A stretch of DNA of 64,000 bases from an uncultured virus (IMG/VR IMGVR_UViG_3300033148_003715). Its lineage: Duplodnaviria; Heunggongvirae; Uroviricota; Caudoviricetes. Positions 51,894 through 60,733 of the stretch are shown here, piece after piece. The notes beneath the pieces were generated by a model. That model made no database searches and had not been told where the DNA came from. It saw only the letters and a program-made list of their open reading frames with translations. How positions within the stretch are numbered: position 1 is the stretch's first letter; every line of letters starts with the position of its first letter. Both the position numbers and the translations under genes were made by a program. Location: IMG/VR virus record IMGVR_UViG_3300033148_003715. One strand, 5' to 3'.

Positions 51894-52913
51894 TCACCTA
51901 TTCGATCTCCGGCACCGCTCGCAAACGTGTACGAGCGGATTGTCCACGGTCGGGCCCAGGTGGAGTTGCTCGGCCTGCTTCGCCCAGTGGATCCCGCACC
52001 TGGTTCTGACCCGCACCCACCTCTCCCCGACGTGCTCGATCCTCCCCCGGTGCCAGGTCAGGTCCTGGGTGAGGTCGCCCGTGGTGAGCCAGCACTCGGT
52101 GCCGACGTAGACCCGGTTCAGACCTGAGCCCGCCATCACGTCCGATCCGGGGCCGAGTCCGCGCCGAGCCCGATCTCGTCGGGCCCCGAGGCGGTCGAGT
52201 CCCGACCCCATGAGGCGGCCCGTGTCGATCAGGGCCAGGCCGGTCTCGGTCGCCTCGAACCTGGCCAGGGCTAGTAGGGCTCGGTGTCGTTCCGCCGTGA
52301 TAGAACGATCCGCGTGGGGCTCTCGGCAGATGTTACCGCTCCGATTCCGACAGGGCTCGTTCCTCGCGGCCCCGCAGCGCCCGCAGTCGACCTCGCTCCC
52401 GTCCTCCACGTCCGGCTCGCCCTCGTACCTGGCGACGATCTCCCTGTAGTGGTCCAGGTCGATCGACCTACCCCGGTGGGGGCGACGCGCGGTCCCTCCC
52501 CTGCCCGTCCAGCAGGGTTCGTCGAACTCGGCATGGCAGTAGTGGCAGCCCAGATCCATGCTGGGCATGGTCTCACTTCTCGGGGTGCTTTCGATCCTCA
52601 ACAAGCCGTCACCCGGTACGGGCGAACGCCACCCCAGGCTCGGCGACCAGATCCGCTCCTCGTCCCCCGTCCTCCCCAGTCGCTCCCAGGCGTCGCAGTA
52701 GAAGCAACGTCGTTCGGCGACCTCGTCCCAGTCCGTCCAGGGCGAGAGGAGGATCTCGCCAGCGTGCTCGGCGTTTACTCCCCTCACCCACCTTCCCCAC
52801 CGAGACCACAGGTGCTTTCCGGCCCGACAGTTTTGCCGTTGAAGCTGTCCCCCCGCGTCCCAGTCGCCCTGGTCGTAGAGGCGCTCCAGCTCCCTCCGGT
52901 CGTGGTCGCTCAT
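51894..52913 (-). CDS. SDxxLRxLER-module protein 4 with zinc fingers
   Basis: MSDHDRRELERLYDQGD; CxxC...EPC...PH repeats. Confidence 0.65.
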   Translation of the reverse strand: MSDHDRRELERLYDQGDWDAGGQLQRQNCRAGKHLWSRWGRWVRGVNAEHAGEILLSPWTDWDEVAERRCFYCDAWERLGRTGDEERIWSPSLGWRSPVPGDGLLRIESTPRSETMPSMDLGCHYCHAEFDEPCWTGRGGTARRPHRGRSIDLDHYREIVARYEGEPDVEDGSEVDCGRCGAARNEPCRNRSGNICREPHADRSITAERHRALLALARFEATETGLALIDTGRLMGSGLDRLGARRDRARRGLGPGSDVMAGSGLNRVYVGTECWLTTGDLTQDLTWHRGRIEHVGERWVRVRTRCGIHWAKQAEQLHLGPTVDNPLVHVCERCRRSNR

Positions 52914-53233
52914 AGGTTGGCGATCTCCTCGACGATGTTCCAGAACACTCGGCAGGTCCGGCACTCGTAGTCGGCGCAGTCGACGACGTGTCGGAGCGCG
53001 TCACCGAGCGAGTCCCGGCGGTCCTCGTAGACCCCGTCCTCGAAGGAGTCGATGAACTTCTCGATACGACGGATCATCCTCTTCGGGGGGGCGTGCCAAC
53101 CCCGGATCCAGTTCGTGACCGTACTTGGTCCCGTCCCGAGCGCGTTCCCAACGTCGGCCCTGGTGAGAGACTCCTCTTCGATCAGCTCCTCGAGCCGCTG
53201 TATTACCTCGAGCCGTTTTCGCTTCTCGCTCAC
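52910..53233 (-). CDS. XRE-family HTH protein
   Basis: LTRADVGNALGTGPSTVTNWIRG..AP. Confidence 0.75.
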   Translation of the reverse strand: MSEKRKRLEVIQRLEELIEEESLTRADVGNALGTGPSTVTNWIRGWHAPPKRMIRRIEKFIDSFEDGVYEDRRDSLGDALRHVVDCADYECRTCRVFWNIVEEIANL

Positions 53234-53640
53234 GCGCAGCACTCTCCGTGGTGGGTCTTCGAGGACTCGACCCTGACCCGGTGGCGTCCGTAGCCGGTCG
53301 GGCTCGCCCAGGTGAGCTGCTCCTCGAGCGCCACGGCGAGCTTCGCCTTGTCGATCCACGACACGGTCAGGGACTCGACCTGCTCCAGCTCGGCCTCGAA
53401 CGAGGCGTCGGACGCGACCGCCTCGAGCAGCCCGACCCCCTGGTGGGGCGAGACGAGCATGATCGCGTACTCTTGGATCGCGTCCGGGCCCGTGGAGTCG
53501 TTCAGGACCAGTAGCCCGTGCTCGCCCCCGGGGACGTAGAAGCCGGTGCAGCTAGTCCAGGCCACGCACTTCTTCACGTCTTGCGCGACATCCTCCGCGG
53601 TCCCGACCCGAACCGTCCATCGCCTGTTCTTGTGATGCAC
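53230..53640 (-). CDS. Hypothetical protein
   Basis: Coupled ORF. Confidence 0.55.
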   Translation of the reverse strand: MHHKNRRWTVRVGTAEDVAQDVKKCVAWTSCTGFYVPGGEHGLLVLNDSTGPDAIQEYAIMLVSPHQGVGLLEAVASDASFEAELEQVESLTVSWIDKAKLAVALEEQLTWASPTGYGRHRVRVESSKTHHGECCA

Positions 53641-54024
53641 CTACGCCTCTTCCTGGATTTGGATGAAGTCGACCTGGACGGCCCGGCCCCCGACGACCAT
53701 GGTGGTCTCGGTGACGCGGCCCTCGAACCTGTAGCGGCGGACCCGATCGGCCCAGGTCGGGTTGAGGATGTTCTCAACCCGGATCACCCGAACCGGCTTG
53801 GCGACCGCGATCTCGATGACGGCGCGAGCCAGCCCCTTCCGTTGGTGCCGCTCCGCGATCTGGAAGTTGGCCAGGTCGATCCGGCCCAGGTGAGCGTTGA
53901 AGCGCACGTAGACCTCGCCGGTCTTGCGCCGGATCCAGCCAATGCGCCCGAGCGGAGAGTCCTCTGGGGTCTCGGCGATCCACTCGTCTAGTTGCTCACT
54001 TACGGCCTCAGGCAGGGTGGCCAT
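53641..54024 (-). CDS. GNAT-like acetyltransferase
   Basis: LANFQIAERHQRKGLA (acetyl-CoA motif A). Confidence 0.6.
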   Translation of the reverse strand: MATLPEAVSEQLDEWIAETPEDSPLGRIGWIRRKTGEVYVRFNAHLGRIDLANFQIAERHQRKGLARAVIEIAVAKPVRVIRVENILNPTWADRVRRYRFEGRVTETTMVVGGRAVQVDFIQIQEEA

Positions 54025-54627
54025 CTACGCTTCCTCTCCTGTTTGCGACGTCGTAGACCCGAAGACTTCGAAGACCCTCGGGTATATCTCTCTCGAGGCC
54101 AGATCGTCCGCGATCTCGCACGCGGCCGGGTCCGGCGCGTAGGTGATCCCTAGATCGAAGTCGCTCTCGGCCAGGTCGCCCATCTCCTCCACGGTGTGCC
54201 AGAGGAAGTCGGGCGGGCGCGGGGTCAGCCACTCGCGTCCTCCCTCCGCGGCCCGCTCGGGCCACGTCCCCGAGGTGGGGTCTATGATCGTGTCCGGGTC
54301 CCGGTGGGCGAGCCACACGTGAAGCTCGGGGAGCCGGCCCGCCTCGACCATGGCGTGCGTGAGCGGGTCCCGGAGCCCCTGCCAGTGATAGCTGTAGTGG
54401 GTAGCGCTGACTCCGTCGTCGTCCTGGGGGCGCCGGAACGGCCACTGGGCGGTCCCGGCCTGGAGCATGGTCCTGACCCCGGCCCGGCGCGCGATCACCC
54501 CCTGGAGGCAGACGGCGAGGAACAGACAGGAGCGCGTGTCCCGCACCGCGCCCAGGTCGGGCCAGAGCCGGCGGTGCAGGCACCGGGCCTCGTCGACGAG
54601 TCGCCGCCTCAGCGCGGGGTCGATCAT
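54025..54627 (-). CDS. Hypothetical protein (Cys/His/Asp, possibly transglutaminase-like)
   Basis: SCLF...LHVWL...IIDPT. Confidence 0.5.
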   Translation of the reverse strand: MIDPALRRRLVDEARCLHRRLWPDLGAVRDTRSCLFLAVCLQGVIARRAGVRTMLQAGTAQWPFRRPQDDDGVSATHYSYHWQGLRDPLTHAMVEAGRLPELHVWLAHRDPDTIIDPTSGTWPERAAEGGREWLTPRPPDFLWHTVEEMGDLAESDFDLGITYAPDPAACEIADDLASREIYPRVFEVFGSTTSQTGEEA

Positions 54628-54910
54628 CTATTGTCCTCGAGGACTCGCCGGAGCAGCGCGAGGGCCCGCTTCTCCTTCTCGACCTGGGCCCGATCTGCGC
54701 CGGCCCCGCTTCTCTCGAGAAGGAACTCGACCATGCCGAGCACGACCTCGAGCGCGCCCATCTCCTCTGCGTTGAACCTGACCTCGATCCCGTGCGCTAC
54801 CTCCTTGGTGCGGGTCCTGACCTGCTCGAGCGACTCCCCCCCGAGGAGCGGGACGAGCTTCTCGACCTGATTGAGGAGTCGCAGCGCCCTGTCCCTGATG
54901 TCTTGCTCGC

Positions 54911-55537
54911 TCATACCGGGCACTCCCCCGCGACGTCCGACGCGGCCGAGCGGGCCTCCTCGACCGGATCGTGATCGCCCTGGCATTCCGGGCACGGGAC
55001 GAGGCCCTTCTCGCACCCCTTCTCCTCGCACTCGTCGTCTCCCTCGCTGTCGCCGTCCCGGCATGCACAGTCGACCTTGCCGTCCTCGCACTCGCCGGGA
55101 CACTCGTCCTCCGGGAGGTCCACGCCGCGGATCTCCTCGACCCACTCGCGGAGCTGCTCTGCCTTCTCCTCGCACTCTTCCGCGACCGGACTTCCCTCGG
55201 CGGTCTCGTTGATCGCGTCCGCGCTCTCCTGATACTCGTCCGCGACCTCCTCGACCGAGTCGGCGGTCTCCTCCAGGAGGGCCTGGACGTCCTCGACGGT
55301 GCCGCAGCCCGCGATTGAGTCCTCGAAGTTCTCCTGGGCCGCGTAGGCTCCCGAGAGCTTGCTCTGAGTTAGCTCGCTCTGCCTGGGATTGCACGAGGCC
55401 TTCAGGCACCGCTTGCTCTTGCCCCCGTAGCGGAACTTCCAGTACCGGTAGGGAGAGCCCTCCGGGAGCGGGTCGCCACAGCGACCGCACCGCCCCTGGT
55501 CTTTCCTCGACTTCTTGACCTGGTTTATTCTTGGCAC
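54911..55537 (-). CDS. Acidic Cys-rich hypothetical protein
   Basis: CGRC...YRYWK; E-rich. Confidence 0.6.
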   Translation of the reverse strand: MPRINQVKKSRKDQGRCGRCGDPLPEGSPYRYWKFRYGGKSKRCLKASCNPRQSELTQSKLSGAYAAQENFEDSIAGCGTVEDVQALLEETADSVEEVADEYQESADAINETAEGSPVAEECEEKAEQLREWVEEIRGVDLPEDECPGECEDGKVDCACRDGDSEGDDECEEKGCEKGLVPCPECQGDHDPVEEARSAASDVAGECPV

Positions 55538-56169
55538 GCTAATCCTCCAGTCTCGGCAGGGCTCGCCCGGTCTGCTTGATCGCCTCGTAGATGTCGTCGA
55601 TCGCCTCCGAGCTGGTCCAGTGCTCGGGCGGGTAGCGGCGGAAGACCTCGGCGATCGTGTTGAGCGCGGCCTCGTCGCTCAGGGTCACCGGGCACCGCGT
55701 GGGCCTGTAGGTGATGCGGCCGGGGCCGCTTGTCTTGGCGACCAGACCGCGCTTGACGAGCGACTCCATGACGCGCCGGGTCCCGGAGGTGGTATCCCAG
55801 AGCCACCCGCAGCCCGCGTACCAGGACCCGTGCTGCTTGAGCGAGTCCAGCACGTCCCTCTGCTTCGTTCCCAGCTTCCTCACTCGGGTCTCTCCTTCCA
55901 GCGCCAGCCGTGGCGGACGCAGTGGGTGGCGCGGGCCCCGCAGGGCTCGCCGTGGTCGTGCTTGTGTCGGACCCGGCAGCCTGTGATGAGCGTGACCTGG
56001 CACCGGCCGTCGTGGCGATCGGCGGGGCACTGGGGAGGTGCGTAGCCGCTCCCGACCCCGTGGATGTCTCCGTGCTCGTGCCGCACCGTCCTCGACGCCC
56101 TCCGGGCCCGCTGAGGGGTCCCGGGACCCCCGGGGTGGCTCTGGGCTTGCCCATCCTGGTCGGGGCCGC

Positions 56170-57654
56170 TCATGACGCCGCCTGAAGGCGTGTCCGGCAC
56201 CCGGTCAGGACCGTCTGGGGGGTCTCGCGTCCCCGGTAGGTGTTCGTGTCCTGCCGGCGGACCGTCCCCCGGACCGAGTACCACGAGTCCCGCTGGAGGT
56301 TCCGCGCCGTGTCGGGGCTGGTGAACCAGATCGCCTCGCGGTTGTCGGCGTCTACGAACGCCACCAGGGCCCGCTCGCGGTTGTCCCGGTTGATCCAGGT
56401 ATGGGTCCGGGTCACCTGCAGGGTCCAGGTCCCGGCCTGGCCCTCGTCGCCCAGGTAGGGGCCGGGGCCGGTCTCGACCTGGCGGGTCTCGAGGATCCGC
56501 TGGACCGCGGCCCCGTCGCCCAGTAGGGCCAGGAGCGCCTCGGGGGTGAAGGAGATCCGATCTTCGAGCGCGGCGGTTCCGTCGAGGCCGTTCATGGCGG
56601 TCATGATCCGGGCCTGGAGGGGAACGCTCTCGGTCTGGTGGTGCCGGTACCAGTCGAGGGCGGTGGCGGCGATCCGGGCGTGCTCGAGGCTCGTGTAGCC
56701 CTCGCCGATCAGGACGGCCAGGTTGTGGGCGCGGTCCGAGAGGACCAGCCGGGCCTCGTCGTCGACCTTGTCGATGTTCGCGACCAGCTCGGTCTGGGCC
56801 GCCGCGAGGAGCTGGGTTGCGAACGTGAGGGCCTCGGTGGGGATCGTCCTCTCGGCCCGCGCCGCGTTGTGCCAGACTCGGTTCGCCCACCCGTAGCTGC
56901 GTCCGAACCGGTACGCGACCGCGAAGAAGCGGAGCAGGTCCACGCCCCACTCGGGGGAGGCGTTCGTGTCAAGCTCGCCCGACTCGAGCAGCTCGCGGAG
57001 CCCCTGCTGCTTGTCGAACGAGTAGAGGGCGGCCTTGGCTGCTCCGTTCGTGTACTCGTCCAGGCAGCTCCTCCCGACCCGGGCGTAGCCCTTGGAGTCG
57101 ATGGTGCCGTCGTCGATCAAGGCCTGGCACTCGGGGCAGCCCTTGCCGCGGCACGGGAGGTGCCGGAGGACGGCGGTCTGGTTCCGGCGCCGACTGAGCT
57201 TGCAGTGGGTGCAGACTGCGGTGGCCTGGAGCCGGTACTGCTCCAGCTCGCGCTCGTCCACGCCGGTCGAGGAGGGGTTGTTGACGATCAGGGTCCCGGT
57301 CGGGCGGTGCTGGAGGACTGCGATCAGCTCCCACTCGCCCATGCTGGGGAGGTCGCCCTCGACGACCACGTCGACGAGGAGAACCTTCCGGTCCGACCCG
57401 GCCGGATCCTGGTGCCAGTAGGGGTCCCGGGTGACGCGGACGCTGGGGGGGAAGGCGCCGATCTTGCTGGCCCGGCGGGCGTAGGTGGCGACCTTCTTCT
57501 CGAGCGAGGAGAGGCTCACGTTGAGGAGCGAGTAGGCCTCGCCCGGGGCGCGCTCGAGCCCGAGCCGGACCCGCTCGGCGCGGAGCCGTGCCTGGGCGTG
57601 GACGTCGCCGCTCGCCGCGTCCCGCTCGAGCTGTCTCAGTCTCGTGTCGCTCAT
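56170..57654 (-). CDS. SDxxLRxLER-module protein 5 (zinc motif, C-terminal OB-like region)
   Basis: MSDTRLRQLERDAASGD; CTHC..RRRN; VGRSCL. Confidence 0.7.
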   Translation of the reverse strand: MSDTRLRQLERDAASGDVHAQARLRAERVRLGLERAPGEAYSLLNVSLSSLEKKVATYARRASKIGAFPPSVRVTRDPYWHQDPAGSDRKVLLVDVVVEGDLPSMGEWELIAVLQHRPTGTLIVNNPSSTGVDERELEQYRLQATAVCTHCKLSRRRNQTAVLRHLPCRGKGCPECQALIDDGTIDSKGYARVGRSCLDEYTNGAAKAALYSFDKQQGLRELLESGELDTNASPEWGVDLLRFFAVAYRFGRSYGWANRVWHNAARAERTIPTEALTFATQLLAAAQTELVANIDKVDDEARLVLSDRAHNLAVLIGEGYTSLEHARIAATALDWYRHHQTESVPLQARIMTAMNGLDGTAALEDRISFTPEALLALLGDGAAVQRILETRQVETGPGPYLGDEGQAGTWTLQVTRTHTWINRDNRERALVAFVDADNREAIWFTSPDTARNLQRDSWYSVRGTVRRQDTNTYRGRETPQTVLTGCRTRLQAAS

Positions 57655-57655
57655 G

Positions 57656-57799
57656 CTAGTTCCCCTCCTCGGTGTCGTCGGTCTCGGTCTCGAGCCCGTG
57701 GGCGACGAAGAGGGCGGTCAGCTCCTCCTCGGTCAGGTCGGTGATGTCGATCATGTTGGGCATGTTGGTCTCCTCGGCGTTTTCCTGCTTGCGACTCAT
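57656..57799 (-). CDS. 47-aa acidic protein (alternative start 57763), absent from the ORF track
   Basis: MSRKQENAEETNMPNMIDITDLTEEEL... Confidence 0.6.
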   Translation of the reverse strand: MSRKQENAEETNMPNMIDITDLTEEELTALFVAHGLETETDDTEEGN

Positions 57800-57805
57800 A
57801 CCCCG

Positions 57806-57834
57806 GTTATAGCTCCGTGATAGCTTGCCCGCAA
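57806..57834 (-). promoter_or_regulatory. Repeated promoter H
   Basis: TTGCGG-N17-TATAAC-N6-ATG(57799). Confidence 0.85.
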
Positions 57835-57873
57835 GGGGTGTTCTGAGATTCTCCTGGGATCCTCATAACCCGA

Positions 57874-57917
57874 TCGAGGGCAGGTAGTTTGGGATATCCC
57901 AAACTACCTGCCCTCGA
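57874..57917. repeat. 44-bp perfect palindrome containing 18-bp copy 15 (57887-57904)
   Basis: TCGAGGGCAGGTA-core-TACCTGCCCTCGA. Confidence 0.95.
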
Positions 57918-58013
57918 GGACGATCTCGGTGATCCATCCGGGCACCATGGCGAGGCGACCGACGAGGACGAGGAGGAGGATTGAGAGGCAGAGGGCGTCG
58001 AGAACGGCCACCG

Positions 58014-58427
58014 CTACCTCCCCTCGTGGACGGTGACCTCGCCCATGGTGCGGTCGACCCGGGCCCCCGCGGGGAGGAGCCCGAGGGCGGCCTCGATCGC
58101 CTTGATGGCGTCGTCGCGCAGGCACGCCTGGTGGGCCCGGACTCGCGAAGCCCGCTCGGGGCCCCGGGGGAGCATGTCCAGGTGAAGCGGGAGGCGCTCG
58201 GTCCCGAGGCGCTCGAAGAGGACGACCTTGCCGGTCGAGTCGCGGCCCGTTGTGATCGAGTGCCCGGCCTGACCCATGCTTGCGACCCGTCTCCAGGCCG
58301 AGTAGACGATCATGGTCGAGCACAGGATCCGGGTCGCGATGACCTGGACCTGGTCGGTCTCGGGGTTGAGCGTGTTGAGGGTGGCGATCATGCTGGTCTC
58401 CTCGGTGTTGTCTCGTTCGCGACTCAT
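58014..58427 (-). CDS. Hypothetical early protein (alternative start 58391)
   Basis: Follows promoter I. Confidence 0.65.
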   Translation of the reverse strand: MSRERDNTEETSMIATLNTLNPETDQVQVIATRILCSTMIVYSAWRRVASMGQAGHSITTGRDSTGKVVLFERLGTERLPLHLDMLPRGPERASRVRAHQACLRDDAIKAIEAALGLLPAGARVDRTMGEVTVHEGR

Positions 58428-58433
58428 ACCCCG

Positions 58434-58462
58434 GTTATAGCCGCATGGTAACTCCCCCACAA
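58434..58462 (-). promoter_or_regulatory. Repeated promoter I
   Basis: TTGTGG-N17-TATAAC-N6-ATG(58427). Confidence 0.85.
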
Positions 58463-58955
58463 GGGGCGTTCTGAGATTCTTCCAAGATCGTCGCAACCCC
58501 TTGCGGGCGAGCCCGGCCCGCGAGACGCCCTCACGGGCCCGTGAGGGCCACGGGATCCTAGTCGGACCCTGTGCCCGACCCGACCCCCGGGAGAGCCCCA
58601 GCGGGCCCGGAGGGACCCCGAGGACCCCTCGAGTACCGTGCTCGAGGGCGGGCAATTTGAAGCTCCGTGGGCCTGGGTCGGGTCCCCGGGTGGGGCCCCA
58701 TTTTGGATCTGCTCGCGCCGGGGGTTTTGTCTCCGCGCGGGCGTCTCAGGGCCGGTGATCCATTTTGGGAGCCTTGATGCTGAAGACGAGCACCTGGTGT
58801 CCGTCCAGTCTGACTCGAAAGTACTTCCCCTCGACGCGGAGCGAGACGCGCCGCTCGCCCTTCTTCCCGGGGAACGTGGTTGCGACCTCGAGCGCGTCGT
58901 GCTCCGACTTGGAGCCGTCTTCGTGGGTCAGCTCGATCTTCATGGTGTGCTCTGG

Positions 58956-58973
58956 GTTTGCGATATCCCAAAC
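58956..58973. repeat. 18-bp palindrome copy 16 (GTTTGCG variant)
   Basis: Intergenic. Confidence 0.95.
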
Positions 58974-59240
58974 CGTCTCATTCGACCAGTCCCTTCTCGC
59001 GGAAGTCCGCGATCATGCCCTTGACCCGCTTCTCCTCCGGCGTCGCCGTGAGGGACTCGACGATGTCCGTGAGGATCTGCCCCGCGTTCATCTCCCCCCC
59101 GGTCTCCTGGTCGGTGACCCAGAGCTGGGTGTCGAGTCGGACCGCACCGGCCTTGATCCCCGCGACGATCCGCTGGAGGTCGTCGAGGTCGCACCGGGCC
59201 AGAGGGAGACAGTCTGCCGGGGCGAATTGGTCGTCGGCCC

Positions 59241-59594
59241 TCATGCGATCCTCGGTTCTCGGACCAGGGTGGTCCGCAGGTTGTTCTCTCGCGGTTCGAA
59301 TCCGAGCGAGCCGAACCAGCTCGACAGTCGCTCGGGGTTGCTCCCGTACTCGTCGCTCGGGGTGAGACCGAGTCGGGTCCCGGTCAGGTCCGCCCACCCT
59401 ACGAGGCTTTGCATGGCCAGGGCCCCGCACCCGTTCCCGCGCCAGGTAGACTCCACCACGATCAGCTCCACCACGATTCCGCGGCGGAGCCGGGTCAGCC
59501 AGAGCGACTCGAGGTGGTGCTCGCGGGTTAGCCGCTCCCGGAGTGCCCCGAGGGCCTCAGCCTTCTCCGCGGCCCGCCGGGCCTGCTCGGCCAC
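59241..59594 (-). CDS. GNAT-like acetyltransferase
   Basis: IVVESTWRGNGCG..AM..L..WAD...L.SWFGSLGF. Confidence 0.65.
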   Translation of the reverse strand: MAEQARRAAEKAEALGALRERLTREHHLESLWLTRLRRGIVVELIVVESTWRGNGCGALAMQSLVGWADLTGTRLGLTPSDEYGSNPERLSSWFGSLGFEPRENNLRTTLVREPRIA

Positions 59595-59712
59595 CGCTAC
59601 CCCTCCGTCTGCGGGGAGTCGGACTCGGCGATCCCCTTGGGGATCATGCCGAGGCGGCCGACGATTACGAGAATGAGGATCGAGAGGCAGAAGGCGTCGA
59701 GGACGGCCACGG

Positions 59713-60141
59713 CTACCTACTCGCCTTCTCGGCCCAGGCCGCGACGGTCTCGACCTCGCGACGGGCGACCTCGGCTGCGATCATGCGGCGGAGGGCCGCC
59801 TTGGTCGAGACGGCCGAGCCGGTCATGCCGGAGAGGTTGTAGGCGGTCTCGAAGAAGACGTTGCGGTTGGACTTCTTGACGCCGGGCCGGAGTAGCTCGA
59901 ACTCGAGGTAGTCGTCGCTGTTCAGGTCCTCGAGCGCGGCCGGGTCGACCTCGAGGATCGCGGAGTAGCCGAAGACCCGGTAGTCGTTCCCGTAGCCGGT
60001 GTCCTCGTCCTGGTAGTCGGGCCGCCAGTTCCCGATCACGACCCCGTCGAGGAGGATCTCGCCCTCGGGGTCGTCGCCCCTGCTGACGAGGCCGTTCAGG
60101 CTCCCGAACTTGACGCGCTTCAGGATCTTCGGGTCGGCCAC
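59713..60141 (-). CDS. Hypothetical protein
   Basis: GGAGG RBS. Confidence 0.55.
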   Translation of the reverse strand: MADPKILKRVKFGSLNGLVSRGDDPEGEILLDGVVIGNWRPDYQDEDTGYGNDYRVFGYSAILEVDPAALEDLNSDDYLEFELLRPGVKKSNRNVFFETAYNLSGMTGSAVSTKAALRRMIAAEVARREVETVAAWAEKASR

Positions 60142-60143
60142 GG

Positions 60144-60440
60144 CTACCTCCCCGTCTGCTGGGCGTTGCGCTCGGCGCGGCGGATCCGGGCTTTGATCGC
60201 GTAGAGCATGGTCTCGTTGGCCCGCTGCCAGTCGATCTTGCGGACGAGCTGGTACTCGGCTCCGAGGAGGTCCTCGACGGCCCCCTTTGGCTCCAGCCCC
60301 TCGTTCATCCACTCCTCGGCGTCGAGCAGGGCCCCGGAGGCAACGCAGCGGGGGACGTTTCTCAGGTCCTCGACCCCCAGCTCCATTGCGAGCTGTAGGG
60401 CGGTCCTGACTAGGGAATGCTTCGTCTCGCGGATCTTCAT
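60144..60440 (-). CDS. Hypothetical protein
   Basis: MKIRETKH...; the frame is also open upstream to 60617. Confidence 0.55.
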   Translation of the reverse strand: MKIRETKHSLVRTALQLAMELGVEDLRNVPRCVASGALLDAEEWMNEGLEPKGAVEDLLGAEYQLVRKIDWQRANETMLYAIKARIRRAERNAQQTGR

Positions 60441-60474
60441 GGTCTTCTCGTTCTTCAGGGGGTCTCGGGACTCA

Positions 60475-60591
60475 TGGCAGCCCTGGGAATCGAACCCAGG
60501 TAGCGGGCTATCATCCGCTGCTCCACAGGAAGCCGTGTGAGCGCCCGAGAGCGAGCCGGGGGAGCTGATAGGTGCTCCATTTGTCCCTGCC
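60475..60591 (-). ncRNA. tRNA-like structured element
   Basis: T-arm CCTGGG-TTCGATT-CCCAGG, 3' GCTGCCA, 5' GGCAG pairing, four more hairpins. Confidence 0.45.
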
Positions 60592-60623
60592 TCGTTGGTC
60601 TCTCGCGCGTTGCTCATACCCAC

Positions 60624-60652
60624 GTTATAGCCGTGTTGTAGCTACCCCACAA
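60624..60652 (-). promoter_or_regulatory. Repeated promoter J
   Basis: TTGTGG-N17-TATAAC-N6-ATG(60617). Confidence 0.85.
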
Positions 60653-60733
60653 GGGGTCAATTTGGATTCCTCTGAGATTGATCGTAACCCTATTGCACCC
60701 AAGGCCCGGAATCCTAGACCGGGCACGATTGGC

